Source: Bradymonadia bacterium (GTDB lineage Bacteria; Myxococcota_A; Bradymonadia; UBA7976; UBA1532). From it: a DNA stretch of 64,000 nucleotides. Location: contig JBKAGE010000082.1 of assembly GCA_046290225.1 (NCBI GenBank), forward strand, positions 203,402 to 267,401. The letters are read 5' to 3'. The position numbers and the translations under genes were made by a program. The notes under the pieces are model-generated. The model did not search any database, was not told where the DNA came from, and saw nothing but the letters and a program-made list of their open reading frames with translations. Positions 18,630-30,600 of this stretch are shown one piece after another (position 1 is the first letter of the stretch; each line of letters starts with the position of its first letter).

Positions 18630-19511
18630 TCAGCTGTCGTAGGTGTAGAAGCCCTGTCCGGTCTTGCGCCCCAGCTTGCCGGCCCGAACCATGCGCTTGA
18701 GGATTTGCGGTGGGCGGAAAGTGTCGGTGCCGAGCTCTCGGTGCAGGTGCTCGGTGATGGCGAGGCGCACGTCGAGGCCCACGAGATCGGTGAGGGCCAG
18801 TGGGCCGATGGGGTGCCGGTAACCCAAGGTCATGGCCTTGTCGATGTCTTCTGGAGAAGCGACCCCCTCTTCCACCATGCGCATGGCCTCGTTGCCCAGG
18901 GCGATGCCCAGTCGACTGGTGGCGAAGCCCGGGGCGTCTCGTACCACAATGCAGGTCTTGCCGAGGTCTTCGCCAAAGGCCTGGGCCGCCGCCACAGTGG
19001 CCTCGCTGGTGTACTCACCGCGCACGATCTCGAGCAACGGCATGATGACCACAGGGTTGAAGAAGTGCATGCCCAGCACACGGTCCGGGCAGCGGGTGGC
19101 GGAGGCGATCTCGGTGATGCTCAAACTCGAAGTATTGCTCGCGAGCACAGCATGACTCGGCGCCTCGGCCTCGAGCACCTGGAAGATCTCTCGCTTGAGG
19201 GGCATGCGCTCCGGTGCCGCCTCGACGACCAGATCGGCCTCGGTCACCGCCTGAGCCAGATCAGTGCAACCAGAGACGCGCCCCAGGGCAGCTTCCGCCT
19301 CTGCCTCGGTCATCTTCTGCCGGGAGACCGCCTTGTCATAGCTCGCCCGAATCCGATCGAGACCCTGGTCGAGTGCGCTCTCTGCGAGATCATAGAGCAT
19401 GACCTCATAACCGCAGCGGGCCGCTTGAGCGGCGATGCCGTGGCCCATGGTGCCAGCACCGAGCACGGTGACATTGCGGATCTTCAGGTTGGGCGTTTCG
19501 ATGGTGTCCAC
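18630..19511 (-). CDS. 3-hydroxyacyl-CoA dehydrogenase (3-hydroxybutyryl-CoA dehydrogenase family)
   Basis: GAGTMGHGIA Rossmann motif, SNTSSL, GMHFFNPV and HPIGPLALTDLVGLD. Confidence 0.95.
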   Translation of the reverse strand: MDTIETPNLKIRNVTVLGAGTMGHGIAAQAARCGYEVMLYDLAESALDQGLDRIRASYDKAVSRQKMTEAEAEAALGRVSGCTDLAQAVTEADLVVEAAPERMPLKREIFQVLEAEAPSHAVLASNTSSLSITEIASATRCPDRVLGMHFFNPVVIMPLLEIVRGEYTSEATVAAAQAFGEDLGKTCIVVRDAPGFATSRLGIALGNEAMRMVEEGVASPEDIDKAMTLGYRHPIGPLALTDLVGLDVRLAITEHLHRELGTDTFRPPQILKRMVRAGKLGRKTGQGFYTYDS

Positions 19512-19603
19512 GACGGATCTCCAGAAGGTGGGTTGCAGTTCGAAAGCGGGGGGAGCATATCAGCGATTGCAGTTCCCTGATCGCAGTTCTACGAGGAGTT
19601 CTG

Positions 19604-20479
19604 ATGTCGACTCACATTCGCGCCGACCAGTTCGGTGATCCCGACAAGGTCCGAGTTCACCTTGAGCGCCGCGGCCCCGTGGCCTTGATCACCCTCGAGG
19701 ACGAGGGGCTCAACGGCTACTCGTTCCGCATGTTCAAGCAGCTCGATGACGTGATCCTCGCCTGTCGCTTTGATCCATCGGTACAGGTGATGGTCATCAC
19801 CGGGGCCGGTGAGCATTTCTGCGCCGGGGCGAACATCAAGATGCTCGAGGCCGCTGACACCGAGAGCAAGTACTACTTCTGTTTGCACGCCAACGAGACT
19901 CTGCTGCGCCTGGAGCACACCCCGAAGGTGGTGATCGCCGCCATGAACGGACACTGCGTAGGCGGAGGTCTGGAGATCGCCCTGGCCTGTGATCTACGCG
20001 TGGGACGCCGCGGTGGTGGCCGGGTGGGGCTCCCGGAGATCAACCTCGGCGTGCTCCCCGGCACGGGGGGTACTCAGCGCCTGAGCCGCTTGCTCGGCCC
20101 ATCGAAGGCCATGGCCCTGATGTTGTCTGGCGAGACGATGGGTATGGAGAAAGCCGAGACGCTGGGGCTGGTCACGGAGTTGTTGGGCGACACTGAAGAG
20201 CGTGAGATCAAAGGCAAGATGCGTACGGTGCCTGCCCTCGGTCGCGACGCCTTCGTCGACGAGGTGGTGGCCTACGCCGAGCGCCTGTGCACACCGGGTC
20301 GGGCAGCGATGGCGGCTGGTCACATCAAGCGGGCGGTGCAGTCTGGCGCCGGCCTGCCTCTGGAGCAGGGCCTGGCCCTGGAGCGAGAGCTGCAAGCGAA
20401 GCTCTTCGCCAGCGATGACGCCCGAGAGGGGCTGGCGGCCTTTGTCGAGAAGCGCCAGGCAAAGTTCGAAAACCGCTGA
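19604..20479 (+). CDS. Enoyl-CoA hydratase/isomerase family protein
   Basis: FCAGANI, NGHCVGGGLEIALACDLR, LPEINLGVLPGTGGTQRL and EGLAAFVEKR. Confidence 0.95.
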   Translation: MSTHIRADQFGDPDKVRVHLERRGPVALITLEDEGLNGYSFRMFKQLDDVILACRFDPSVQVMVITGAGEHFCAGANIKMLEAADTESKYYFCLHANETLLRLEHTPKVVIAAMNGHCVGGGLEIALACDLRVGRRGGGRVGLPEINLGVLPGTGGTQRLSRLLGPSKAMALMLSGETMGMEKAETLGLVTELLGDTEEREIKGKMRTVPALGRDAFVDEVVAYAERLCTPGRAAMAAGHIKRAVQSGAGLPLEQGLALERELQAKLFASDDAREGLAAFVEKRQAKFENR

Positions 20480-20617
20480 GCAGCACACTCGCTGGCGAAA
20501 TCAGGCCTGTCCTACCCGACTCAAGTGGCTAATTTTCAGCCACTCCTTATGGAGTGTACCCTTCGCTGACGTCATATGATGCAATGGTGCGTAGCACTGA
20601 GTCGGTGAGGAAGCAGC

Positions 20618-22591
20618 ATGGGTCAAACCCCCTCAGATCCGCTGATCGGGCAAACGCTCGACGGCGAGTTCGAGGTGATCAGCCGTATCGGGGAAGGCGG
20701 CTTTGGATCGGTCTACAAGGCGATCCAGCACCCCCTGGGCCGCAAGGTGGCCGTCAAGGTGCTCAAGACCGACGGCCCGATGCAGAACCCCGTGGTGCAG
20801 AGCCGCTTCTTTCGTGAGGCCAAGGCCATCGCCAACCTGCGCAGCCCCCACACGGTGACGCTGCTCAAGTACAACCGCACGACGGCCACCCTCAACGGCA
20901 TCACTCAGCCCATCGTCTACATGGCCCTCGAGTTCATCGATGGCCCCGATCTACGCACCCTCGTAGAAGAGAAAGGGCCTCTGCCACCCAACCGCGTGCG
21001 CGATCTGGCCCTCGACATCCTCGAGTCGCTGCAAGAGGCCCACGATCAGGGCATCATCCACCGCGATCTCAAGCCGGAGAACGTGCTCGTCGACACCAGC
21101 CCCGACGGCCGTGAGTACGCCAAGGTGCTCGACTTCGGCATCGCCAAAGCCATGGAGGAGGGCGAGGCCCTCGACGAGTCGCTGACCCGCGAAGGCACGA
21201 TGCTGGGCACGCCGGTCTACATGGCCCCGGAGCAATTCACCCGGGATCCGATCGGTCCGTACACGGATGTCTACTCGCTGGGCATGATGCTCTACGCGCT
21301 GCTCACCGGCTCGCCGCCCTACCATGGCAGCACCTACAGCGTGATGTACGCCCACACTCAGGCACCACCGCCGCCCTTGCCCGAGCAGCTTGAGGGGCTG
21401 CCCCTCGGCGCAGTGCTGCAAAAGGCCATGGCCAAGACGCCCTCGAGCCGCTACGCGAACGCGGGCCAGATGCGCGCGGCGCTGCTGAACTTCGACGAAA
21501 ACAGCGAGGGGCTCTCCCCGACGATCGAGGCACCACGCCCGCTGACGCCGCCACCGATCCTGTCCAGGCAGCTTACGCCTCCGACCCTCTCCGAGGTCGA
21601 CTCGACCCCCCTGCCGATGGTGGGTGCCCTCGGGCCGATCATCTCCCAGACGCCGGGGCCCGATGTCGAGCCGACCCGCTCACCTGAGGCTGCTTCACTG
21701 CCGGTTCTCGATACGGTGCACGAGCCTGTGCTGGAGATTACCGAAGACGACGAGGATCTGATCATGGAGGGCGCCACGGATTTGGGCCTGCCTCCGTTCT
21801 CGCCACCGACGGCGCAGATCCCGGTGAGCCCCGCACCTGAGGCCCCCTCCGTCGAGGGGCCACACATCCCCCTCAAGATCCAGCCACCTCAGCAGCCCAT
21901 GGTGGCCTCGAGGCCTGGTCCACCTTCTTCACACCGACCCCCGAGTGCCCGACGGACCAAGAAGGCACCGTCGGTGATGTTGATGACACTTGTGGCCCTC
22001 CTGATCTCCACAGGGGTGGTTTTTGCCGTGATGTACGCCACGGGTCAGTTCGAGGAAGAGGTGATCGTCGAGCAACCAGAGCTGCCCGGGGGCTCGGTGA
22101 ACCTCGGCGGGGTGACGATGGGCTGTCCCAAGGGCATGGTGGCCATCACCCCCGACGACGTGGGCAAGCTGTTCTGCATCGACACCCACGAGCGCCCAGG
22201 AGCCGACAACACGCCAGAGCAAGGTGTGAGTCTCAAGTCGGCGCGGGCTCAGTGTGCTGCTGCTGGCCGCCGCCTGTGCACGGGCAAAGAGTGGGTGCGT
22301 GCCTGTGGCGCCGGACGCCACTTCCCCTACGGCAACACCTTCGAAGCGGAGCGTTGTGCCACTGATGGTGAGCTCGCCGCCTCGGGCAGCTTCGAGCGCT
22401 GTGCAGGCCGCTTCGGCACGTACGACATGAGCGGAAACGTGGCGGAGTGGACCGCCGACGGCAAAATCAGAGGGGGTGATGTGTCCTCAGGCGCTGATCA
22501 GGCGCGCTGCGATGCCCAGGTGAGCGCCAAAGAGGCCAAGGGCATGCAGGTGGGTTTTCGCTGCTGCGCCCGCCACCGCCAGCCCCGCTGA
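20618..22591 (+). CDS. Membrane Ser/Thr protein kinase with extracytoplasmic FGE-sulfatase (SUMF1-like) domain
   Basis: [24 protein letters not shown] and GTPVYMAPE. Pro-rich linker and TM helix. C-terminal RRLCT..EW...DMSGNVAEW...GFRCC. Confidence 0.93.
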   Translation: MGQTPSDPLIGQTLDGEFEVISRIGEGGFGSVYKAIQHPLGRKVAVKVLKTDGPMQNPVVQSRFFREAKAIANLRSPHTVTLLKYNRTTATLNGITQPIVYMALEFIDGPDLRTLVEEKGPLPPNRVRDLALDILESLQEAHDQGIIHRDLKPENVLVDTSPDGREYAKVLDFGIAKAMEEGEALDESLTREGTMLGTPVYMAPEQFTRDPIGPYTDVYSLGMMLYALLTGSPPYHGSTYSVMYAHTQAPPPPLPEQLEGLPLGAVLQKAMAKTPSSRYANAGQMRAALLNFDENSEGLSPTIEAPRPLTPPPILSRQLTPPTLSEVDSTPLPMVGALGPIISQTPGPDVEPTRSPEAASLPVLDTVHEPVLEITEDDEDLIMEGATDLGLPPFSPPTAQIPVSPAPEAPSVEGPHIPLKIQPPQQPMVASRPGPPSSHRPPSARRTKKAPSVMLMTLVALLISTGVVFAVMYATGQFEEEVIVEQPELPGGSVNLGGVTMGCPKGMVAITPDDVGKLFCIDTHERPGADNTPEQGVSLKSARAQCAAAGRRLCTGKEWVRACGAGRHFPYGNTFEAERCATDGELAASGSFERCAGRFGTYDMSGNVAEWTADGKIRGGDVSSGADQARCDAQVSAKEAKGMQVGFRCCARHRQPR

Positions 22592-24340
22592 TCAGGCAGC
22601 CTCTTCGTCCTTCTCTGCACCAGCCCCCGGGTCGGTCTCCATCTGAAACTCAGCCCCCTTGCGATGCACGTCGGCCATGGCCCGGCCAGAGATGTCGCCG
22701 GAGAAGGTCTCCCACGCTGGATCCCAGCTGAGGGCCTCGGGGGTGGAGCAGGCGATAGACCGCCCGGTGCCCACGGTGGCGATGGCGCTGCGCCCCGAGA
22801 CCTTGTCGGTGACGAAGGCCTCTTCGAAGAGCTCACGCATCCAATACATCTCCCCGGTGGTGGGGGTGTCTTCGGGGAACCGCTCACCACGGGCCGCCCA
22901 CTGCTCGGGGGTGAGGCGCTCGTCGGCAAAGGCCCGCAGTGTGTCGACCCAGTCGTAGCCGACGCCATCGGAGAACTGCTCTTTCTGACGCCACAACACC
23001 TCGGCGGGCAGCCACGGATCATCGGCGTCGTCGAAGGCCTGGCGGATGATGGCTTTCTCGATGGGCCACCCATCGGGGCCGGGCAAGGGCTGCCGATGTG
23101 CAGGATCCATGGACATGGCGAGCTCGATGAAGGCCCGATCGAGGTAGGGAAACCTCAGCTCCAAACCATGGGCCATGGGCGCTTTGTTGGCTCGCATGAC
23201 GTCGTACTGATGCAGCCGGAAGGTCTTACGCACGGTCTCGTGGTGCAGCTCTTCGGGGCTCGGAGCCTTGTGGAAGTAGAGGTAGCCGGCCATCAGCTCG
23301 TCAGATCCCTCACCTGAGAGCACCATCTTGAAGCCCAGGGCCCGGACCTTCTGGGCGAGCAGGTAGGTGGGCACCGCGGTCCTGATCTGCTGGTAGCTCT
23401 CGAGATGCCGCGAGACGGCGGGTACGGCGGCGAGGGCCTCTTCTACGGTGAAGGTGAACTCGTGGTGCACGGTGCCGAGGAACTCGGCCACCTTGCGAGC
23501 GGGCTCGAGATCGGGACCCCCTTCGAGGCCAATGGAGAAGGTGTGCAGCGGGCCGCTGTACTCCACCTCTCCGGCGTCGACGAGCCGCTTGGCGGCGGCG
23601 GCGACCAGTGAAGAGTCGAGGCCTCCGGAGAGCAACACGCCAAAGGGTACGTCGGCCATGAACCGCTTGCGCACGGCCTCGACGACGGTCTCCCGAATCA
23701 CCGTAAGATCGGCAGGGGTGTCAGGCACGGTCTGCATCCACGGCCGCTGGTACCACTTGACGCGCTTCACCTCGCGGCCATCGCAGATCCAAGCGTGCCC
23801 GGGCTCGACGAGCTCGACGTGCATGCAGTCGTCGACGAGGGCTTTCATCTCTGAGGCGAACCACACAGTGCCGTCGTCGTGCAGGCCAATGTAGAGGGGG
23901 CAAATGCCAATGGGATCCCGAGCCACGAGCCAACGGCCAGTGCTGTCGTCGAGCACGGCGAGGGCGAACTGGCCATCGAGCTGGTGCATGAGCTGATCGC
24001 CGAAATGCTGCCACGCGGGGCCGATGACGGCGCAGTCGGATCCGGACTCCAGCTGCACCCCGAGCTGATCGCGCAGCTGGTGGTGGTTGTAGATCTCGCC
24101 GTTGGCGGCCCAAGCGATGGTACCCTGCTCACGGGTCTGGCTGAAGGGCTGCGCGCCGCCTTCAGGATCGACGATGGCGAGCCGCCGATGGCCGAGCACG
24201 CCCCGCAGCCCTTGCCACACGCCGACGCCATCGGGGCCCCGGTGGGCGAGCCGCTCGATGAGCACGCTGGCCCGCAGATGATGCAGGTGAGCTTTCTGAT
24301 GGTCGACGGAAGGGTCAAGGATGGCCAGGATGCCGCACAT
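22592..24340 (-). CDS. asnB: Asparagine synthase B (glutamine-hydrolysing)
   Basis: N-terminal MCGI (Ntn Cys), HRGPD, NGEIYNH, LSGGLDSS, SGEGSDE and RQKEQFSDGVG. RBS GAGGAG. Confidence 0.95.
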   Translation of the reverse strand: MCGILAILDPSVDHQKAHLHHLRASVLIERLAHRGPDGVGVWQGLRGVLGHRRLAIVDPEGGAQPFSQTREQGTIAWAANGEIYNHHQLRDQLGVQLESGSDCAVIGPAWQHFGDQLMHQLDGQFALAVLDDSTGRWLVARDPIGICPLYIGLHDDGTVWFASEMKALVDDCMHVELVEPGHAWICDGREVKRVKWYQRPWMQTVPDTPADLTVIRETVVEAVRKRFMADVPFGVLLSGGLDSSLVAAAAKRLVDAGEVEYSGPLHTFSIGLEGGPDLEPARKVAEFLGTVHHEFTFTVEEALAAVPAVSRHLESYQQIRTAVPTYLLAQKVRALGFKMVLSGEGSDELMAGYLYFHKAPSPEELHHETVRKTFRLHQYDVMRANKAPMAHGLELRFPYLDRAFIELAMSMDPAHRQPLPGPDGWPIEKAIIRQAFDDADDPWLPAEVLWRQKEQFSDGVGYDWVDTLRAFADERLTPEQWAARGERFPEDTPTTGEMYWMRELFEEAFVTDKVSGRSAIATVGTGRSIACSTPEALSWDPAWETFSGDISGRAMADVHRKGAEFQMETDPGAGAEKDEEAA

Positions 24341-24418
24341 GTCACTCTCCTCGAGGTCTACACCAACTCATCGGAGGGACGGGGCATGGGCGATAGCGCG
24401 AGGCTGTGGTGCGCCCAT

Positions 24419-24445
24419 AAAAAAACCCCGTCCATCGGACGGGGT
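24419..24445 (-). terminator. Intrinsic terminator in the asnB 5' leader (attenuator 3:4 hairpin)
   Basis: Minus strand reads ACCCCGTCC-GAT-GGACGGGGT followed by a T run. It lies about 80 nt upstream of the asnB start, in the same orientation. Confidence 0.85.
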
Positions 24446-24476
24446 CGGCGCTGTGTCGCGTTTTTGTGCGCTCAGC

Positions 24477-24566
24477 TCACCGGTGTCCCGCCCAAAGGGG
24501 GCGGGCATTATTGAGACCGCAGCGTTTGCTGTGGGTCGTACCGGTGATGGTGAGTCGCGAAGTCAT
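24477..24566 (-). CDS. Putative asnB attenuator leader peptide (29 aa, MTSRLTITGTTHSKRCGLNNARPLWAGHR)
   Basis: ATG at 24566 to TGA at 24477. Tandem AAT-AAT Asn codons sit directly before a GC hairpin, and the ORF ends about 30 nt before the terminator. Confidence 0.7.
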   Translation of the reverse strand: MTSRLTITGTTHSKRCGLNNARPLWAGHR

Positions 24567-24680
24567 GTTCAAAGTGTGAGCGGATGCTGGAGGTGTTGTC
24601 AAACGGTGGAGTGAAAAAATCACCTTCAACGCCGCCAGCACAGGCTCTTGAGCCCCTATTTCAGGGCAAAAACCTGCCGC

Positions 24681-27600
24681 TCACTTCCCGTCGGACTTGC
24701 CCTCGGGGCTCTTCTCCGCAGGCTTGGCCTCAGAAGCCTTCTCTGGGGCCTTCTCAGAGGTTTTTTCTGAGGCTTTCTTTGGGGCCTTCTCAGCGGGCTT
24801 GTCACCCTTCTTCCCAGCCTCTTCCTGCGCCTTGCACTCCGGCGTGATGATCCGCGACAGGATCTTGAACTCCACCCGGCGGTTGCGGCGGCGACCGTCG
24901 GCGGTGTTGTTCGGCTCCAGAGGCTCGTCTTCGCCGAAGCCCTTCGCCACCAGACGGTTCGCCGCGAGCTTGCCCTTGTCGATCAGGTAGCGGCGCACCT
25001 GCTCCGCGCGGCGCTTCGAGAGATCGAGGTTGTAGCTCGCCGGACCGCGGCTGTCGGTGTGACCGCCCACCTGCACCTTGCGGATACTCGGGCTGTTGCG
25101 CATCAGCTGCACCACATCGTCGAGCAGCTTCTGCGACTCGTCACGGAGCGTGGCCGAGTCAGTCTTGAACAGCACGCGCTGACCCTTGAGATCGATGCGA
25201 TCACACTGCACCTTCGGGCCCTCGGGGCGGGTGTCCGGGCAGCCATCGTCGTCCTCGAAGTCGTTCACGTTCTCCGCGTCGTTCGGGCACTTGTCTTCCT
25301 TGTCGAGGAAGCCGTCCTTGTCGTTGTCCGGATCCGGGCAACCGTCAGCATCCTCGAACTCGTCGACATCCTCAGGGTCGAGGGGGCACTTGTCCGAAGC
25401 GTCGGGCACGCCGTCCTTGTCGTTGTCGAGATCCGGGCAGCCGTCCTCGTCCTCGAACTCGTCCTTGTCCTCAGCGTCGTTCGGACACTGATCAGGCTCG
25501 TCGAGGATGCCGTCACCGTCGTTGTCCGGATCCGGGCAGCCATCCTTGTCCTCGTAGTCGTCTTTGTCCTCAGGCTCGTTGACGCACTTGTCTTCGTCGT
25601 CGTAGATGCCGTCGCCATCGGTATCCACTCGGGGAGCAGGCTCCTTGTAGGGCTCCGCACGGAAGGCCAGGCCGCTGAAGAGGCGCCAGTCGGGCGTGCC
25701 CACGCCCTGCACCAGGCCCGTGGCGGCGCCCAGCTCGAGGCGCAGGCGCTCCAGCACATCCCAGCGGACCCCCATGAGCAGCTCCATGGGGATCTCCTCC
25801 TCGTCGATGCTGTCCGCGGCCACCGTCGCCGAGCCCATGATCTCGGGCACCAGGCTGAAGCCACCCCCCACGGGGATGGCCGCACCGGCGCTCCAGATCA
25901 GGGCGTCGTCGATCTCGGCGTTGGCCAGACGGGCCTTCTCTCGGAAGCGCCAGCCCACGTTCGCCGCGAGGCGGGTGCCCCCGGAGAAGCCGTAGTCCAC
26001 CGCCACCCGAGGCGTCGCCCCAAAGCCTTCGCCCTGGTACGAAGCGTTGTCCCCCGTGGGGATCGAGAAGTCGCCGACGAGGGCCAGGCCGAAACCACCT
26101 GCCTCTTCGCCAGGCTTGCCCACGAGGCCCACCCGGGCGCTCACCCGGATGTCACCGATGCCGAAGCCCGCGTCGTTCGCCGCGCCGCCGGGCACCGAGG
26201 GCACCTCTTCGCCGTCTTGCGACAGCACCACAGGGGCCACCACGCCGAGGTCGAGCCAGTCGAAGATGCCCAGCGTCAGGGCGAGGTTCGCCGTCAGCTG
26301 GTGCTCGATGAGGTGGCCGAGGCGATCACCGTTGGCGCCCTCCACCACCAGGGGGTTGTCATCGAAGGTCAACAACACGCCGAGATCGTAGCGGCCCTGA
26401 CCGCGAGTGCGGCCCGTCCAGGTGGAGTTGAGATCACCCCAGCGGCTCGGCGCCGGGCGGAACTGCTGCACGTCGAAGCGATCGTTCGCCTGAGCCTGAG
26501 CCTGCTCGGGCATCGACGCCAGCACCACCGGCGCCAGCAGCGCCAGCCACAGCACCTGCCGAGACTGGGCAGTGCGACGGGCGCGAGGCGCGCGGGCGAC
26601 TTCTAGAAGCCGCCTCCGACGCATCATGCCCAGAGCCAGCAACATGAAGGCCAGCAGCGCAGCGGTGCCACCAGCGCTCGAGGTCGCCGAAGCGTCGCAA
26701 CCGAAGAACTGGCCACCGAGCACCTTGGGATCGTCATCGTTCGGGTCGAGCGGATCAGCCCCTCGGCCCACCTCGATGCCGTCGTTCACGCCGCCGTCGT
26801 CGGTGTCGGGATCGTTGGGATCCGTCTCACCGTCGTCTACAGCACCGTTGGCGTTCATGTCCTCGCCCTCGTCACAGACATCCTCCACGGCGACAGCGCC
26901 GTCACAGAGGCCGTCACCATCAGAGTCGGCGTTCGTCGGGTCAGTGGCGTTCTCGGCGTTGACCTCGTCGCCGTCGTCGATGCCGTCACCGTCCGTGTCG
27001 CTGTTGTTGGGATCAGTGCCCAGCATCTCTTCCGTGTCGTTGTCGATGCCGTCGCCGTCGTCGTCCTGCACGTCGTCCTCGGGATCGAGGGGATCCGTGC
27101 CGCGCTCCACCTCTTCACCGTCGGAGATCGTGCCCCCGTCGGTGTCGGCGTTGTTCGGATCGGTCTCTCCGTCGTCGATGGCACCGTTCTGGTTCTCGTC
27201 TTCCTCACCGTCTTCGAGGCCGTCGTCGTCGGTGTCGGCGTCCAGCGGATCGGTGGGGTTCTCGCCGAGCACCTCGATGCCGTCGGAGAGGCCGTCACCA
27301 TCGGTGTCGGGGTTGTTCGGGTCGGTGCCCCGCATCATCTCGTCTTCGTCGCCGAGGCCGTCACCATCGCTGTCAGGGCCACGGGCGTCGTCCGAAGGGT
27401 CGAGCGGATCAGTCTCGTTCATCACCTCTTGACCATCACCCACGCCACCGTCATCGGTGTCGAAGTCGTTGGGATCAGTCTCACCCTCGTCCAGGGCGCC
27501 GTTGCCGTTGGCGTCTTCCTCACCATCAGTGAGGCCGTCGTCATCGGAGTCGTCGTCCAGCGGATCAGTGGGGTTGTCACCGGTGACCTCGGTGCCGTCG

Positions 27601-30600
27601 GAGAGACCATCCCCGTCACCATCCGGGTTGTTCGGGTCAGTCTCGCCTTCGTCGATGGCGCCGTTGTTGTTCACATCTTCACCGGCAGCACACTCGTCTT
27701 CCACGGCGTTGGCACCATCACACAGGCCATCGTCGTCGGAGTCAGCGTCCAGCGGATCAGTGGGGTTCTCGCCGTTGACCTCGGTGCCGTCGTTGATGCC
27801 GTCACCATCAGTGTCGGGGTTCGTCGGATCAGTGCCGATCATCACCTCTTCACCGTTGGGCAGGCCGTCACCGTCGAAGTCGCCGGAGAGGTCGTCCACC
27901 GGATCGAGCGGGTCAGTGCCGTCCATGGTCACCTCGACGCCGTCAGGCACGCCGCCGTTGTCGGTGTCCGCGTTGTTCGGATCGGTCTCACCCTCATCGA
28001 TGGCACCGTTGTTGTTCACGTCCTCGCCAGCGGCGCAGACATCTTCCACAGCGTTGGCACCATCACAGAGGCCATCGTCGTCGGAGTCGGGGTCGAGCGG
28101 ATCAGTGGGGTTGTCACCGTTGAGTTCAGTGCCGTCGTTGATGCCGTCACCATCAGTGTCGGGGTTGTTCGGGTCAGTCTCGCCCTCGTCCACGGCGCCG
28201 TTGTTGTTGGCGTCCTCACCGCCAGAGCACTCACCGTCGAGCTCGTTGGCACCGTCACACAGGCCATCGTCGTCAGTGTCGCGATCCAGAGGATCGGTGG
28301 GGTTGGCGCCGAGGACCTCGGTGCCGTCGAGGATGCCGTCACCGTCCGTATCAGCGTCGTTGGGATCAGTCTCGCCTTCGTCGATGGCGCCGTTGTTGTT
28401 GGCGTCCTCACCGGGCACACAGACGTCCTCCACCTCGGCGCTGCCGTCACAGAGACCATCGTCATCGGAGTCGGGGTCGAGCGGATCCGTGGGGTTGTCC
28501 CCGAGGACCTCGGGACCATCGAGGATCCCGTCGTCGTCGGAGTCCGGGTCGAGCGGATCAGTGCCCGCGTCGATCTCACCCTGGTTATCCAGGCCGTCGT
28601 TGTCAGCGTCGCCGCCGAGATCGTCGAGGGGGTTGAGCGGGTCAGTGCCGTCGATGAGCACCTCGACGCCGTCGGGCACGCCGCCGTTGTCGGTGTCCGC
28701 GTTGTTCGGATCAGTCTCGCCCTCGTCCACAGCGCCGTTGTTGTTCATGTCTTCGCCACCGGCGCAGATGCCCGCCACGCTGCGGCTGCCGTCACAGAGG
28801 CCATCGCCATCGGTGTCGGCCTGAACCGGATCGGTGGGGTTGGCGCCGAAGACCTCAGTGCCATCGAGGATGCCGTCACCGTCGGTGTCGGGGTTGTCCG
28901 GGTCAGTGCCCAAACGGCCCTCGTCGCCATCGTTGAGGCCGTCACCGTCGCGATCACCAGGTACATCGTCAGCGGGATCGAGCGGATCAGTGTTGTCGGT
29001 GATGACCTCCTGGCCATCGCCCACGCCACCATCGTCGGTGTCGAAGTCGTTGGGGTTGGTCTCACCCTCGTCCAACGTGCCGTTGTTGTTCACGTCCTCG
29101 CCAGCGACGCAGATGCCGTCCACGGGCAGCTGGCCGTCACACAGGCCGTCGTCGTCGGAGTCGGGGTCCAGCGGATCGGTGCTGTTCTCACCATTGACCT
29201 CGATGCCGTCGCTGATGCCATCGCCGTCGGTGTCGGGGTTGTCCGGATCAGTGCCCAGACGATCCTCGTCACCATCGTCCAGGCCGTCGCCGTCACGGTC
29301 GTCGAGCTGGTCATCTGCAGGATCAAGCGGATCAGTGTCATCAACGATGACCTCTTCGCCATCGCCCACGCCACCATCATCGGTGTCGAAGTCGTTGGGG
29401 TTGGTCTCACCCTCGTCGACAGCACCATTGTTGTTGGCGTCCTCGCCAGCGGCGCAGCCCCCTTCGATGGCGTTGCCACCATCACACAGACCGTCGTCGT
29501 CAGAGTCAGCGTCGAGCGGGTTCGTGGGGTTCTGACCGTTGACCTCGCGACCATCGAGGATGCCATCGCCATCCGTATCAGGGTTGTCGGGGTCAGTGCC
29601 CAGGATGATCTCTTCACCATCCGTGAGGCCATCACCGTCGCGATCCCGAGGGGCGTCGGCGAGATCATCTGCAGGATCCAGAGGATCGGTGCCGTTGAAG
29701 AGCACCTCGAGGCCATCGCTCACGCCGCCGTCGTCAGTGTCGGCGTTGTTCGGATCAGTCTCGTCAGCGTCGGTGGCGCCGTTGTCGTTGGCGTCTTCCA
29801 CACCATCGAGCAGGCCATCGTCGTCAGAGTCGCGGTCCAGCGGATCAGTGGGGTTGTCCCCGGCGACCTCGGAGCCATCAGAGCGGCCGTCGTTGTCGGT
29901 GTCGGGGTTGTTCGGGTCGGTCTCGCCTTCGTCGATGGCGCCGTTGTTGTTGGCATCCTCACCGGCGGCGCAGACACCGTCGATGGCGTTGGCGCCATCA
30001 CACAGGCCGTCATCATCAGAGTCAGGGTCCAGCGGATCAGTGGGGTTGTCCCCCTCGATCTCCACGAGATCCTCGATGCCGTCACCGTCGGTATCGGCGA
30101 GGTTCGGATCGGTCTCGCCCTCGTCGATGGCGCCGTTGTTGTTCACGTCTTCGCCGGAGACACAGACGCCGTCGATGGCGTTGGCGCCATCACACAAGCC
30201 GTCATCGTCGGTGTCGGGGTTCAACGGGTTCGTGGGGTTGTCGCCGTTGACCTCAGTGCCGTCGCTGATGCCATCACCATCGGTGTCGGGGTTGTTCGGA
30301 TCCGTGCCGAGATCATCCTCGTCGCGATCGAGCAGGCCGTCACCGTCGGTGTCGAGCAGATCATCGTCGGGGTTGAGCGGGTCAGTGCCGTCCACGAGCA
30401 CCTCGCGGCCATCGTCGATGCCACCGTTGTCAGTATCCGCGGTGTTCGGATCGGTCTCGCCCTCGTCGATGTCACCATCAACGTCGACGTCCTCACCCGA
30501 GACACAGACATCGGCCACGTCAGCGTTGCCATCGCAGAGGCCGTCATCGTCAGAGTCGGGGTCCAGCGGATCAGTGGGGTTGTTCCCGTTGACCTCAGTG

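Noticed and set aside
18498..19580. 360-aa plus-strand ORF
   Set aside because: It is antisense to the clear 3-hydroxyacyl-CoA dehydrogenase and has no recognisable motifs.
22100..22591. FGE-sulfatase/C-type-lectin fold as a possible diversity-generating retroelement target
   Set aside because: No reverse transcriptase and no template-repeat copy differing at adenines were seen in the window.
24690..24800. 12-bp-period repeats at the 3' end of the giant gene
   Set aside because: They encode a low-complexity K/A/S/E/P tail ([16 protein letters not shown]) and are not a separate element.
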